64,000 nt of DNA. It comes from Deferribacterales bacterium (lineage in GTDB: Bacteria; Chrysiogenota; Deferribacteres; Deferribacterales; Geovibrionaceae). The first letter of the stretch is position 1, and every line of letters starts with the position of its first letter. This document shows, in pieces, positions 19,932 through 30,238 of the stretch. The notes under the pieces are model-generated. The model was not told the DNA's origin, did no database searches, and was given only the letters and a program-made list of their open reading frames with translations. The translations under genes and the position numbers were made by a program. The stretch is taken from contig JBFWLW010000002.1 in NCBI GenBank assembly GCA_050251945.1, positions 288,001 to 352,000 on the forward strand. The letters run 5' to 3'.

Positions 19932-20204
19932 GTGTCAATAACACCCGCACGAAGCAGCATTGCCAACTCGGCACAGCAAATTAAGAATGATGTCAAATCG
20001 GCTCACAGGCAGATAAAAAATGATGTTAAAGGAGCGGTTTCAGACGTGAAAAACACTGTTAAAAGTGCCGTTTCGGATGTTAAAAACGATGTTAAATCCG
20101 TAAAAACGCAGGTTAAGGACAATGCGCAAGACGCTGCCGAAGATGTTAAGAACACAACTCTCGGAGATATCGCAAAGGCGATAGGGCTGGATATATTCGC
20201 CTGA
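19932..20204 (+). CDS. Small hypothetical protein with 11-residue repeats, C-terminal LDIFA
   Basis: GAGG RBS, GTG start, repeats QIKNDVKSAHR/QIKNDVKGAVS/DVKNTVKSAVS/DVKNDVKSVKT. Confidence 0.7.
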   Translation: MSITPARSSIANSAQQIKNDVKSAHRQIKNDVKGAVSDVKNTVKSAVSDVKNDVKSVKTQVKDNAQDAAEDVKNTTLGDIAKAIGLDIFA

Positions 20205-21185
20205 TTATCTGATTATGCTTCCGTCGGCTATTTTTATGTACTGGACACGCTCAAGAGTCTGGAACTGTCTTATCTTTTTGCGTAAAACAAGTCCGACCGC
20301 ATCCTCAAGATTCATATCATGCCTGTCAAGCCATTCTGCAAGCCCCTGATTAAGCTCCGTTATTGCAGAAAATCCTTTTTTATAGAGCATAGACGCAACC
20401 TGCACTGTCGAGGCACCGGCAAGAACGTACTGCGTCAGAACGTCTGCGTTATGGACGCCTGTTGAGGCGGAAATATCTATAGAAGATTCTTTAGCAACCG
20501 CGGCAACCCAGCGTATAACATTATACGCTTCGCTCTCCTGCGAATAATAATGTACAGGCTCAAGCTCAAGGGTCTCAGTATTTATCTTCATCTGATAGTA
20601 TCTGTTAAAAAGCGTCACAGCTTTTGCGCCCGCGCTGTGCAGTCTGCGCACCATATAGGGTACTGCGGTGATATTCTGCCCTATCTTCACGGAAACGGGT
20701 ATGCTGACTGTCTTTTTGACCTCGTGAACCACTTCAAAGTATCTGGATTCCACTTCCTGCGAAGAGATTCCGGCGTCAAACGGCATAAATGATATATTAA
20801 GTTCGATGCCGTGCGCTCCGGCTTCTTCAATGGATTTTGCATACTCGGTCCACCATTTTCCGCCTTCACAGTTTACACTGGCAATAACAGGTATGGAGAC
20901 CGCTTCCACTGCTTTCCGCACAAGTTCGAGGTATTCGCCCGCACCGTAAACCATTGCGGCGTCAGCATTCATATAGTCATACGCCTCGCTGTGGAAAGAC
21001 ATATCTATATCAAGCCCGCTGTCCTGACGTATCTCCTCTTCAAAAAGCGACTTGAGGATAACTGCGCCGGCGCCGGCGTCTTCCGCCTTTTTCAGATTAT
21101 CGATGTCCTTAGTCAGTGTGCTGCTAGCAGCTATTACGGGGCTTTTCAGTTTCATTCCCATATAGGTTGTGCTGATGTCGGGCAT
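20205..21185 (-). CDS. Dihydroorotate dehydrogenase-like FMN protein
   Basis: LKSPVIAASS, GAGAVILKSLFEE, IPVIASVN, IELN, PVSVKI, TLFNR, AGASTVQVAS. Confidence 0.85.
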   Translation of the reverse strand: MPDISTTYMGMKLKSPVIAASSTLTKDIDNLKKAEDAGAGAVILKSLFEEEIRQDSGLDIDMSFHSEAYDYMNADAAMVYGAGEYLELVRKAVEAVSIPVIASVNCEGGKWWTEYAKSIEEAGAHGIELNISFMPFDAGISSQEVESRYFEVVHEVKKTVSIPVSVKIGQNITAVPYMVRRLHSAGAKAVTLFNRYYQMKINTETLELEPVHYYSQESEAYNVIRWVAAVAKESSIDISASTGVHNADVLTQYVLAGASTVQVASMLYKKGFSAITELNQGLAEWLDRHDMNLEDAVGLVLRKKIRQFQTLERVQYIKIADGSIIR

Positions 21186-21194
21186 ATTGGTCTC

Positions 21195-23486
21195 CTAGTC
21201 CTTAATGAGCAGTTCTCTGGGCTTGGAAGTACCGTCGCTGGGAGCCACGATACCCTGTTTTTCCATTATCTCAACAATGCGCGCGGCTCTGTTATAGCCT
21301 ATCCGCAGGTATCTCTGCACCATGGATATGGACGCAAAACCCTTCTGGCGCACCAGTTCCAGTGCCTCCTGATATTTCTCGTCCATCTCGCTGTCGTCAA
21401 CATCCTCCGCGTCGAGGCTCTGCTCGCGCACAAGATCCATGTTATATTCCGGTTTACCGATACTTTTAAGGTGTTCAACGATTCTGCCCACCTCTTCGTC
21501 CGAAACAAAGCATCCGTGTACGCGGGTGCAGTCGCTCATACCGGGCGGAATGAAAAGGCTGTCGCCTTTACCAAGAAGAACTTCCGCGCCGCCTGAGTCC
21601 AGTATGGTTCGGGAATCTATCTTTGACGAAACACGGAACGACAGACGTGCAGGCATGTTCGCTTTTATGATACCTGTAATGACGTTAACGGACGGGCGCT
21701 GTGTTGCGAGAACAAGGTGTATGCCCACCGCACGCGCCATCTGGGCGATACGGATGATGGATTGTTCAACCTCTTTGCCGGAAACCAGCATAAGATCGGC
21801 GAACTCGTCCACAATAACCACCAGATAGGGCATTTTGGGCAGTTCAGGGTCATTCTCCGCCCTCATGTTATATGAATCTATGTTGCGCACCTTAAGCGAT
21901 GCGAGGGCTGAATATCTGTTCTCCATCTCCTCAACGACGTTCTTAAGGACGTTCGCCGCCTTGCGCGGGTCTGTGACAACAGGTGCGGCAAGGTGGGGTA
22001 TATCGTCGTATACCGAAAGCTCAACCATCTTCGGGTCGACCATAATAAATTTAACTTTGTCAGGCGACGCTTTAAATATTATAGAGCATATCAGCGTATT
22101 CACCGCAACGGATTTACCGCTGCCTGTGGTTCCCGCCACAAGAAGGTGGGGCATGGTTGCAAGGTCGCTGACATAGCCTTTACCGGCGATGTCCTTGCCC
22201 ATGGCAAACGTAAGAGGCGACGGGCTGTTGGCATATTCTCTTGATTTCAGCAATTCGCTGAGAGAGACCATTGCGCGGTATTTATTGGGAAGTTCGATAC
22301 CAACGACGGATTTGCCGGGGATGGGGGCTATTATGCGCACGCTGACGGCTGACATTGCCAGAGCAAGGTCGTCGGTCAGGTTCGCTATCTTGTTTATCTT
22401 AACGCCGGGTGCGGGTTCAAATTCATATTGAGTAACCACAGGCCCGGGCTGTATCTCGCGTATTTTACCGTTAACCCCGAAGTCAGCCAGTTTGGAAAGC
22501 AGAAGCTCGCCCTTTATCTTCATCTCTTCCGGAGATTCGGCGCGGCTGTCTCTCTTCGCCTCATCAAGCAGAGAAAGAGGGACAGTATAGTTTCCGATGA
22601 CCTGCTCCATTGTGACAGGCTCTTTTATATTAATATGATTGAAAGGCTCTTTAACTTTCGGCTTGTTCACCGCAATGCTCTCAAGGTTTCCGAGTTCCTC
22701 TTCAACCTTCTGAACGGTTTGAACGGCAGGTTTTTCGGGCATGGCGACTTTGGACGGAGGCGTATAAGCATCATCCTTATCCGCACCGACAGACCTGTTC
22801 AGACTGCCTATGGGAGAATTTTCATCAGACGGCATGTTCTTAACAGGCATGAAATCACCGTAATCAGGCTCCTCATCCTCCGTTACAACACGGCTTGAAC
22901 CATCCTTTCTCTTCAGTTCGGGTATCTTCGGCAGGTTAATTCCGTCGCGGATGAAGCTGATTATAACCCGCGGAAAGAGCGCCAGAAGTGTCAGCAGTAT
23001 CAGGAAAATACAGACGATAACCCCGCCCACTCGCCCGACAAGGGACGAAAACAGGTCAGCGGAAAAAAGTCCCCAGAGACCGCCTGTGGGTTTCTGCGAG
23101 AATATGAAATCCGTCCCGCCCAAAAAGCCGGACAGAGTTGAAAGCAGGTAAAGCAGGATAAGGAACAGGATAAAACGGAAGATGGTGCGTTTCCATTTCA
23201 TTGCCTTGTTTTTACGGTGCAGGTGTGCGCTGTACGACAGCCAGATGAGCACGCTGGGAAGCAGAAACGTTGTCCAGCCGAAAAAAGTCGCAAGGATATC
23301 GCTGATGTAGGCTCCCGTCTTGCCGAACAGGTTTGAAACGCTCTGTTCATAGTTGGAAAAGACTATGAAGGTGTAACCCGGATCGGATTCCGAATGGGAA
23401 TAGATGGCAAGAGCGGCAAAAACCGTCAGAAAAGCGATTGCAAGAAAAACAATGTCGGCCCGGATGCTTTTGGTTTCTATATCCAT
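21195..23486 (-). CDS. ftsK: DNA translocase FtsK
   Basis: N-terminal TM region, PHLLVAGTTGSGKS, VDEFADLM, LATQRPSV, gamma domain RIGYNRAAR. Confidence 0.96.
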   Translation of the reverse strand: MDIETKSIRADIVFLAIAFLTVFAALAIYSHSESDPGYTFIVFSNYEQSVSNLFGKTGAYISDILATFFGWTTFLLPSVLIWLSYSAHLHRKNKAMKWKRTIFRFILFLILLYLLSTLSGFLGGTDFIFSQKPTGGLWGLFSADLFSSLVGRVGGVIVCIFLILLTLLALFPRVIISFIRDGINLPKIPELKRKDGSSRVVTEDEEPDYGDFMPVKNMPSDENSPIGSLNRSVGADKDDAYTPPSKVAMPEKPAVQTVQKVEEELGNLESIAVNKPKVKEPFNHINIKEPVTMEQVIGNYTVPLSLLDEAKRDSRAESPEEMKIKGELLLSKLADFGVNGKIREIQPGPVVTQYEFEPAPGVKINKIANLTDDLALAMSAVSVRIIAPIPGKSVVGIELPNKYRAMVSLSELLKSREYANSPSPLTFAMGKDIAGKGYVSDLATMPHLLVAGTTGSGKSVAVNTLICSIIFKASPDKVKFIMVDPKMVELSVYDDIPHLAAPVVTDPRKAANVLKNVVEEMENRYSALASLKVRNIDSYNMRAENDPELPKMPYLVVIVDEFADLMLVSGKEVEQSIIRIAQMARAVGIHLVLATQRPSVNVITGIIKANMPARLSFRVSSKIDSRTILDSGGAEVLLGKGDSLFIPPGMSDCTRVHGCFVSDEEVGRIVEHLKSIGKPEYNMDLVREQSLDAEDVDDSEMDEKYQEALELVRQKGFASISMVQRYLRIGYNRAARIVEIMEKQGIVAPSDGTSKPRELLIKD

Positions 23487-24268
23487 ACTATTGATATGAT
23501 TCCCACTATGAGGCAATACAGAGCGAAAGCCCTGAGATTAGCCCGTTTTATAAAGTATACCATAATATTTATGGCAAAAAGTCCTGTTATGAACGCCGCT
23601 ATCATCCCGACGATATACATAGGGATATGTGCAGAAGGTACTGCGTCAAGGTGCCTTAACTGAAGAATTATAGCTCCAATTATCGCCGGAATTGACATAA
23701 GAAATGTAAATTCACCCATTTCCGAACGTTTTATACCGAGAAAAAGTCCTGCTGCCGTTGTCGAACCCGCTCTGGATATCCCCGGGAGCACGGCGATGCC
23801 CTGCACAATACCGATAATGAAAGCTGTTCCGGCTGATATCAGTTTCTGTCCGTGGAATCTGTCGGAAAAGAGCAGCAGTATTGATGTCAATATCAGGAAA
23901 TATCCGACAAACGTAGGTGTGGCGAACATCCCCTCAACACTCTTTTCAAGCGCCAGTCCTATAATGCCTGTGGGTATGGTCGCAATGATTATTCCCCAGA
24001 AAAATCTTTTGTTCTCGAAGTAGATAACCTTATAGCTGCTGTTCACCATCCCCAGAGGACTGATTATAAGCTCGAATATCCTGTGGCGGAAATAGACAAA
24101 AACAGCGCCCAGTGTGGCGCCGTGCAGCAGAGTGTCATAAAGCATCCCGGGCTGCTGAAAGTCTTTCATAAGCGCCTGTGCAAGAACAAGGTGTCCCGAA
24201 CTGCTGACAGGAAGGAATTCCGTCAGCCCCTGAACGATACCTAAAATAATGGCATCAAAATAACTCAT
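23477..24268 (-). CDS. uppP: Undecaprenyl-diphosphatase
   Basis: QGLTEFLPVSSSGHL and PGISRAGST. Confidence 0.95.
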   Translation of the reverse strand: MSYFDAIILGIVQGLTEFLPVSSSGHLVLAQALMKDFQQPGMLYDTLLHGATLGAVFVYFRHRIFELIISPLGMVNSSYKVIYFENKRFFWGIIIATIPTGIIGLALEKSVEGMFATPTFVGYFLILTSILLLFSDRFHGQKLISAGTAFIIGIVQGIAVLPGISRAGSTTAAGLFLGIKRSEMGEFTFLMSIPAIIGAIILQLRHLDAVPSAHIPMYIVGMIAAFITGLFAINIMVYFIKRANLRAFALYCLIVGIISIVWI

Positions 24269-25906
24269 TTATTTCTCCGTAACAACGGGGATGACCAGCG
24301 GTCTTCTGTCCAGTGTCTTTTTAAAATACCGCTTCGTCAGGCGTCTAAGCCCGTCCTTTATCTCCGTGTTGTCATAATCTTCCGCATTAATAAACTCATG
24401 CATGTGTTCCGTCAGAAACTCCTGAAGCCTCGCCAGATTCTTCTCGTCCGGCTTAAAGCCCGCAGTCTCCACCACAGGCGGCAGTTCAAACGTGCCGTCC
24501 GGGTTTTTCCGCATAACAACGGTAACAGCTCCGTCGCGGCTCAAATGTTTGCGTTCGCGCACGGATTCCTCATCCATTGAAAAATGCCCGCGCAGGTCGA
24601 TGAATATCTTACCCGCCGGAACCTTGTCCTTGCGCTCAAACTCGCCCCTATGGAACTTTATCCTGTCGCCGTCCTCAAGCATCAGCACGTTGTCGTTGTC
24701 CAGCATAGACATGCTTTTCAGCATCCGCTTCATGGTAATGAGATGCATCGGCTCGCCGTGTATGGGAATGACGTATTTCGGGCGTGTGAAGTTCACCATC
24801 AGCTTTATCTCTTCCTGAGATGCATGACCGGAAACGTGTATCCGGTTCTTACCGATGTCGACTACTGTGCCACCTGATTTGTATATCATATTCACCAGAT
24901 TTATCAGATTCTTTTCGTTGCCGGGAATAACCCGCGCGGAGATGACGAACAGGTCACCCTCTTTAACGGAGATGTCTTTCCGTTCGCCGGACACAACCCT
25001 GTAAAGCGTACTGTTAGTTTCGCCCTGACAACCTGTGATTATGAAACATATTTTATCCGGATCCATCCGTTTTGCAGTTTTAAGATCCACAATCATGTCT
25101 GTCGGCAGTTCGATATGCCCCAGATCCGCCGCAATGGATACGTTTCTGTCCAGAGCCGCACCTTCAAGAACGACCTTGCGACCGCATTCGCGGGCTATGT
25201 CGAAAACCTGTTTGAACCTGTCGACGTTTGACGAAAATGTCGTGAAAAATATCCGTCCGGATGCGTTTCGGAAAATTTTTGAAAGGTCACTGCGGATGGA
25301 TGATTCGGAATAGGTAAATCCCTCCCTCTCGGCATTTGTAGAATCTATGAGCAGAGCCGTAAGCCCCTTTTCGGCAAGCGCCGTGAAATCCGCAGGGCAG
25401 AATGGTTCGCCGCCGACGGGGGTCTGGTCTATTTTGAAATCGGAGCAGTGAAGCGCCGAAAAGTCTTCCGTAACAATATGCAGGGCATAGGTGTCACTGA
25501 TGGAGTGGGTGACGGGTATGAAAGTGACCGAAAAACAACCGGCCTGCACAGTCTGTCTGGGGTCGACGAAATTAAGGTCAAAGGGACAGTGTCTGGCACG
25601 CCCTTTAGCGGCCAGAATACCCAGCGACAGCCTTCCTCCGTACACGGGCAGATCGAATTTACGCAGAAGTATCGGCACGGCGCCAACATGGTCTTCGTGT
25701 CCGTGGGTTATGAAAACCCCTTTCAGCTTATGCTTTATCTGCTCGATATAATCAAAGCCCGGGACAACGTAGTCGATACCGGGAAAGCTGCTATCTGCGA
25801 ACATTACTCCGCAGTCAACAATAATGGCAGAGCTTTCGGTCTCGTAGACATACATATTCATGCCTATCTCGCCGACACCGCCTAAAATTGAAATAGAACA
25901 AGACAT
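24269..25906 (-). CDS. rnj: Ribonuclease J
   Basis: LGGVGEIGMN, THGHEDHVG, DFKIDQTP, DSTNA, IPGNE, HVSGHAS, PIHGE. Confidence 0.95.
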   Translation of the reverse strand: MSCSISILGGVGEIGMNMYVYETESSAIIVDCGVMFADSSFPGIDYVVPGFDYIEQIKHKLKGVFITHGHEDHVGAVPILLRKFDLPVYGGRLSLGILAAKGRARHCPFDLNFVDPRQTVQAGCFSVTFIPVTHSISDTYALHIVTEDFSALHCSDFKIDQTPVGGEPFCPADFTALAEKGLTALLIDSTNAEREGFTYSESSIRSDLSKIFRNASGRIFFTTFSSNVDRFKQVFDIARECGRKVVLEGAALDRNVSIAADLGHIELPTDMIVDLKTAKRMDPDKICFIITGCQGETNSTLYRVVSGERKDISVKEGDLFVISARVIPGNEKNLINLVNMIYKSGGTVVDIGKNRIHVSGHASQEEIKLMVNFTRPKYVIPIHGEPMHLITMKRMLKSMSMLDNDNVLMLEDGDRIKFHRGEFERKDKVPAGKIFIDLRGHFSMDEESVRERKHLSRDGAVTVVMRKNPDGTFELPPVVETAGFKPDEKNLARLQEFLTEHMHEFINAEDYDNTEIKDGLRRLTKRYFKKTLDRRPLVIPVVTEK

Positions 25907-25966
25907 AAGAGTATATTAAAGAAGTCCGTGGCAAAACACAAGCAAGTTAAAGTTAAAGGAATAAAA

Positions 25967-25991
25967 AACCCTGTGCTTTTTACACAGGGTT
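25967..25991. terminator. Intrinsic terminator after the small secreted ORF
   Basis: AACCCTGTG-loop-CACAGGGTT with a flanking A/T tract. Confidence 0.7.
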
Positions 25992-25997
25992 CAAAAA

Positions 25998-26147
25998 TTA
26001 TTTTCCTTGTGGAGCTTGCTGTTGTGCCCCTCCGCAGCCGCAATTGCTCTGCGCAGGAGTTTGGGGCGCCGCCTTTGTTTCAGCAGCAAAGGCTGTTACA
26101 GCCGCAAAAAGCGCAATGGCGAGAACGAAAATAAAAGTAGATTTCAT
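25998..26147 (-). CDS. 49-aa secreted peptide with a CGCGG motif
   Basis: GGAGG RBS, ATG 26147, Sec signal ending AFA, own terminator. Confidence 0.7.
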   Translation of the reverse strand: MKSTFIFVLAIALFAAVTAFAAETKAAPQTPAQSNCGCGGAQQQAPQGK

Positions 26148-26209
26148 TGTATTATCCTCCGGATGTAAATCTATAGACAAGACAGAGAATGATTTATTAA
26201 GTTCAGATG

Positions 26210-27241
26210 TCAGACTATGAAAATTTTGCCGTCGATGTTTCTTCCGAAACGCTGGCTGTTGCCTATGCGCCAGAAGACGCATGACACATCCGTGATATCC
26301 GTGTCGTCGTCAAACACGAATATTTTAGAAAATTTGCCGTAGAACGGATCGTTTTTCAGTCTTTTCAACAAAATATCGTTAATTCCGTCCGCAAGAACAA
26401 AACAGAGCCGCCCGTATACGCCAACCTCCGGATGCCTTATGTCGCGGACTGAGGAATAACTTTCGCAAAAACGGTAAAAGTTGACCCGCGCCGCCGCCTG
26501 CCCCAGATACACGTTCTCCGTCGGAGGGATATCCGTTATCATAGTCTGCAAAAAGCCGCCGCGCATCATCTGCACGGATTTTATATTCAGAACCGGAAAA
26601 TCCTTCGGCTCGGTGAAACGTCCGGTGTGATTCAGAAACCTGCCGCCCTTCGCGCGCTCCGCACCGACGGTTCCGTGAATTATAACACGGGTATCAGACG
26701 GAACAGGAAAACCCGACGTACGGATATATTTCACATCGCCCAGACGTGAAGCCAGCCGCAGAGCGTCGGTATCGTAAGGGAAACTGCATGCGCATGTGAA
26801 CACCAGAAACGGCGAACAGCCCACCGCTATGGTTACTGGGATGTCTCCGTGTGCCTCTGATATGGATTTTGCGAGTCCGCTTTTGTCGGCGCAGTGGATA
26901 ACAGCGCGCTTTTCACCGATAGGCTCGATGCGGTAGATTCCGCCGTGGTATATTCCGCTGTGTTCGTTTATGACACATCCGAGGTTTATGGAACCTGACG
27001 TATCGCCGTCATGGAATTTGCAGAGCGGCAGGTCTTCAAGTCCCTTAAGAGTGTCGTATGCCTTGGGATCTGTGAATGAAAGCTGTGAAATATCATGGGA
27101 TTGGCGGTTTGCGCGCTCGGCGAGTGTGTCTGAGGGCATGCCCCATGCCGCCTCAAGCCGCGCAGGAGACGCGAAAGCGTTTATGAGCAGAGGAAACGCT
27201 GAACCTGCAACACGGGCGAAAAAGGGCGGTTCGCTGTTCAT
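26210..27241 (-). CDS. Divergent, short UbiD-family decarboxylase-like protein
   Basis: INAFASPARL, LPLCKFHDGD, GIYRIE, IAVGC, G.FLNHTG.F, PPTENVYLG, VFDDDTDI. Short for the family; the frame stays open to about 27355 without a standard start. Confidence 0.7.
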   Translation of the reverse strand: MNSEPPFFARVAGSAFPLLINAFASPARLEAAWGMPSDTLAERANRQSHDISQLSFTDPKAYDTLKGLEDLPLCKFHDGDTSGSINLGCVINEHSGIYHGGIYRIEPIGEKRAVIHCADKSGLAKSISEAHGDIPVTIAVGCSPFLVFTCACSFPYDTDALRLASRLGDVKYIRTSGFPVPSDTRVIIHGTVGAERAKGGRFLNHTGRFTEPKDFPVLNIKSVQMMRGGFLQTMITDIPPTENVYLGQAAARVNFYRFCESYSSVRDIRHPEVGVYGRLCFVLADGINDILLKRLKNDPFYGKFSKIFVFDDDTDITDVSCVFWRIGNSQRFGRNIDGKIFIV

Positions 27242-27396
27242 ACAGCCGCTTTTCGCCAGTTCTGACAGCTCTTCCCCTCTGTATTCCCCCTTAAGAAAGG
27301 GTATTTCTGTATATTTCAGGTAATAATCAAGATCGGGTATAACATCCTCCAGACACTATACCCGATTATACACATAAAAAAGAGGAGAACGCACCT

Positions 27397-29439
27397 TTAT
27401 TCTGTGCGGAATTCGTTGGCAAGAGCCATAAGCTCCGAAGAATCTTTCTGGAGCTGGGCAACCGTGTCGTTCACGTTTGAAACTGCCACAAAGCTCTGTT
27501 TTATACTGTCGGTGACGTTTTCAAGCCGCGCGCCTATCTCGTTCATAGACCTCGTCTGTTCCATTACGGATGAGGACATGCTCGAATTTGCACCCTTGAT
27601 ATGATCCATTGAGCTGATTATACCGTCGAAAGTGACTTTCGCATCTGTGATGGTGCTAACGCCCACCGTTACCGTTTCGGCTGCCTCTTTCATTGTGGAG
27701 TTCACCGTCTGGGTTTCGGACTGGAGCGCAGAGATTATTTTGCTTATCTCTGTGGTGGCGGACTGGGTCTTCTCCGCCAGCTTGCGCACTTCATCTGCAA
27801 CAACCGCAAATCCTCTGCCCGCTTCCCCCGCTCTTGCCGCTTCAATGGCGGCGTTCAGCGCAAGAAGGTTCGTCTGGTCTGCGATATCGCTGATAACGTT
27901 TATGATGTTTCCTATCTCCTCGGAAGATTCGGAAAGCCTGTCCACCGTGGCGGAAAGTTCATCCACCTGAGTGTTGATATCCTGAATGGCGCTGAGCGAC
28001 CTGTCCAGCTTAACTCCGCCGTCTTTGGTCTTTGATATGGTTTCGTCTGTCTGAACGGAGATATTGCCGAGGCTGTTCTCAACAGCGTCCGCCTGTTCGC
28101 GCACGGCGGAAAGCTCTGAGCTGATACCGGTTATCTCCTCTGTCTGCACGCGAAAAGTCGCCGCAAATTCCTCCATAGTGGAGGCAAGTTCGCTGTTTAT
28201 GCTCGAGAGGTCGGTAGTACTCTCTTTAACCCTTACGATTATCCTTTGCAGATTTGCGATAAAGGTGTTCATGTATGCCGCAAGCTGACCTACTTCGTCG
28301 GTTCTGTCCAGCGTGATCCGTTTGGTCAGATCCCGCTCGTCGGTCATTTTGTCGCGAAGGAAGATAAGGTCTTTCGCAAGTATTCCGGTTACTATTATAA
28401 CAGTGAGCAGAAGGGTTATTATCGCACCGACATGTATGAATGCCAGACCGTTTATAACTTTTTGCTGATAAACGAGAAATTCACTTTCATATGAACCTGT
28501 GGCTACAACCCAGCCCAGCTTTTCCAGAGTGAAATATTTAAGAAGCTTAACGGCGGGTCTGCCGTCCTTAAGTTCGCTGTATTCTATCTCGCCGCTTTTG
28601 TTCTCTATCATCTTCCTGATATACGCGACACCTTCGGTGTCTTTGTCCTCAAGTCCCTTCTGTCCCTGTTTCTGAGGATGGACGAGATAGTTGCCTTCGG
28701 TGTCTATTATGAACGGAAATCCGGTCTCGGCGACCTTCATCTTGGCGAATGAATTTCTTATGGAATCAAGAAGCACTTCCTCGGATATTCCCACATAAAG
28801 CACGCCGATAACATCGCCGCCGGATTTTATGGGTTCATATACCGTCCAGTACCATTTTCCGACAACGTTGGCTCTGCCTCTGTATGTTTCGCCGGACATC
28901 ACTGTCTGATACACAGCCGAATCCTTCGGGATGAATGTTCCGACAGCGCGTGTGCCGTCCTTTTTCATGACGTTTGTGGAGACACGCAGAAGTCCTTTGT
29001 CAATAACCTGAAATATTGTTGCCGTCAGTCCTTTGATATCCGCTCGTTTCGCCGCAGCGTCAACAGGTGCGAAGTTGCCGTAGATATCCTCGCCGTCATA
29101 CATCATGGCGGGGATAGTCACGGGAAATTCGTCGCCGCTCTTCTGGTCAACGGCTTTAACTGTCTTTGTGTTCGCGCTGTCGATGGAAAATTCCGATTTC
29201 AGATAAAGAAGTGTGCGGAACGTTGAAAAATTTGATCTGACAAGTTCAATTGACTGTGCATAAAAAAGATTTACGGTTTCGCCCAAAACCGCTGTGTTCT
29301 CCTCAAGCGAGGCTCTCGACTCGAGAAGCATCTCTTTTTTCACTTTTTCTCCCGTTGCATAGGCGAGAATAAGGAAAATAAGTATAAGTGGAATGCCGAA
29401 ATACAGCGAGTATTTCGCCCGGATGCTTTTAATCTTCAT
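27397..29439 (-). CDS. Methyl-accepting chemotaxis protein with Cache sensor domains
   Basis: [56 protein letters not shown] Cache motif; HAMP. Confidence 0.95.
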   Translation of the reverse strand: MKIKSIRAKYSLYFGIPLILIFLILAYATGEKVKKEMLLESRASLEENTAVLGETVNLFYAQSIELVRSNFSTFRTLLYLKSEFSIDSANTKTVKAVDQKSGDEFPVTIPAMMYDGEDIYGNFAPVDAAAKRADIKGLTATIFQVIDKGLLRVSTNVMKKDGTRAVGTFIPKDSAVYQTVMSGETYRGRANVVGKWYWTVYEPIKSGGDVIGVLYVGISEEVLLDSIRNSFAKMKVAETGFPFIIDTEGNYLVHPQKQGQKGLEDKDTEGVAYIRKMIENKSGEIEYSELKDGRPAVKLLKYFTLEKLGWVVATGSYESEFLVYQQKVINGLAFIHVGAIITLLLTVIIVTGILAKDLIFLRDKMTDERDLTKRITLDRTDEVGQLAAYMNTFIANLQRIIVRVKESTTDLSSINSELASTMEEFAATFRVQTEEITGISSELSAVREQADAVENSLGNISVQTDETISKTKDGGVKLDRSLSAIQDINTQVDELSATVDRLSESSEEIGNIINVISDIADQTNLLALNAAIEAARAGEAGRGFAVVADEVRKLAEKTQSATTEISKIISALQSETQTVNSTMKEAAETVTVGVSTITDAKVTFDGIISSMDHIKGANSSMSSSVMEQTRSMNEIGARLENVTDSIKQSFVAVSNVNDTVAQLQKDSSELMALANEFRTE

Positions 29440-29543
29440 CTTTCCCCCAAAACCAATAGAATCTGATTGCTAAATGTGTTGTGTACGCAAAAATATAGCG
29501 CTTAAGAGCATAAATTCAATAAAAAAATTAACAAACTGAATTA

Positions 29544-30227
29544 TTATTTTTTAATACAGATAGTAGCGTCGCAGATGCCGAAGCTCATTGGGTTGAATTG
29601 CGCCTCTGAAAATCCTGCATCAAGAATCATTTGCCGGTATACGTCCCTTTTCGGAAATTTGTACACCGAATCGGGCAGATACTCGTATGCTTTTCTGTTT
29701 CCGGAGATGATGCCGCCGATAAAAGGCAGTATCTTTGTGAAATAAAGCCTGTAAAGTCTGCTGAAAATCGGTCCATCGGGCTGTGAAAACTCAAGAATAC
29801 AGAGCTTTCCGCCGTCTTTAAGCACCCTGTGCATCTCTTTCAGACCTTTCGCCTTGTCCGTTACGTTCCTGAAACCGAAGGAGATTGTTATTCTGTCGAA
29901 GCTGTTGTCAGCGAACGGGAGACAGTGGGCATCCGCCACACTGAACGAACCTTTCGGGAATTTCTGTTTACCAATCAGCATCATGTTATAGCTGAAATCG
30001 CCGCCCACAAGGTTGACGCCCTGAACCCTTTTGTCCATCTCTATCATCATGTCGGCTGTTCCGCACGCAAGGTCGAGAACTGTCTGACCGCCTGCGATTC
30101 CCGCCAGTTTAATAGCCTTTTTACGCCAGCGCACGTCGGTACGGAAGCTCAAAACCCTGTTCAGAAGGTCATACCTTCCGGCTATATTGTCAAACATCTG
30201 CTGTATTTCTTTTGATTTCTGTTCCAA
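29544..30227 (-). CDS. ubiE: Demethylmenaquinone methyltransferase
   Basis: MFDNIAGRYDLLN, LDLACGTAD, ISFGFRNV, LEFSQP, AYEYLPDS. Confidence 0.93.
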   Translation of the reverse strand: MEQKSKEIQQMFDNIAGRYDLLNRVLSFRTDVRWRKKAIKLAGIAGGQTVLDLACGTADMMIEMDKRVQGVNLVGGDFSYNMMLIGKQKFPKGSFSVADAHCLPFADNSFDRITISFGFRNVTDKAKGLKEMHRVLKDGGKLCILEFSQPDGPIFSRLYRLYFTKILPFIGGIISGNRKAYEYLPDSVYKFPKRDVYRQMILDAGFSEAQFNPMSFGICDATICIKK

Positions 30228-30238
30228 GAAAAAACCCC

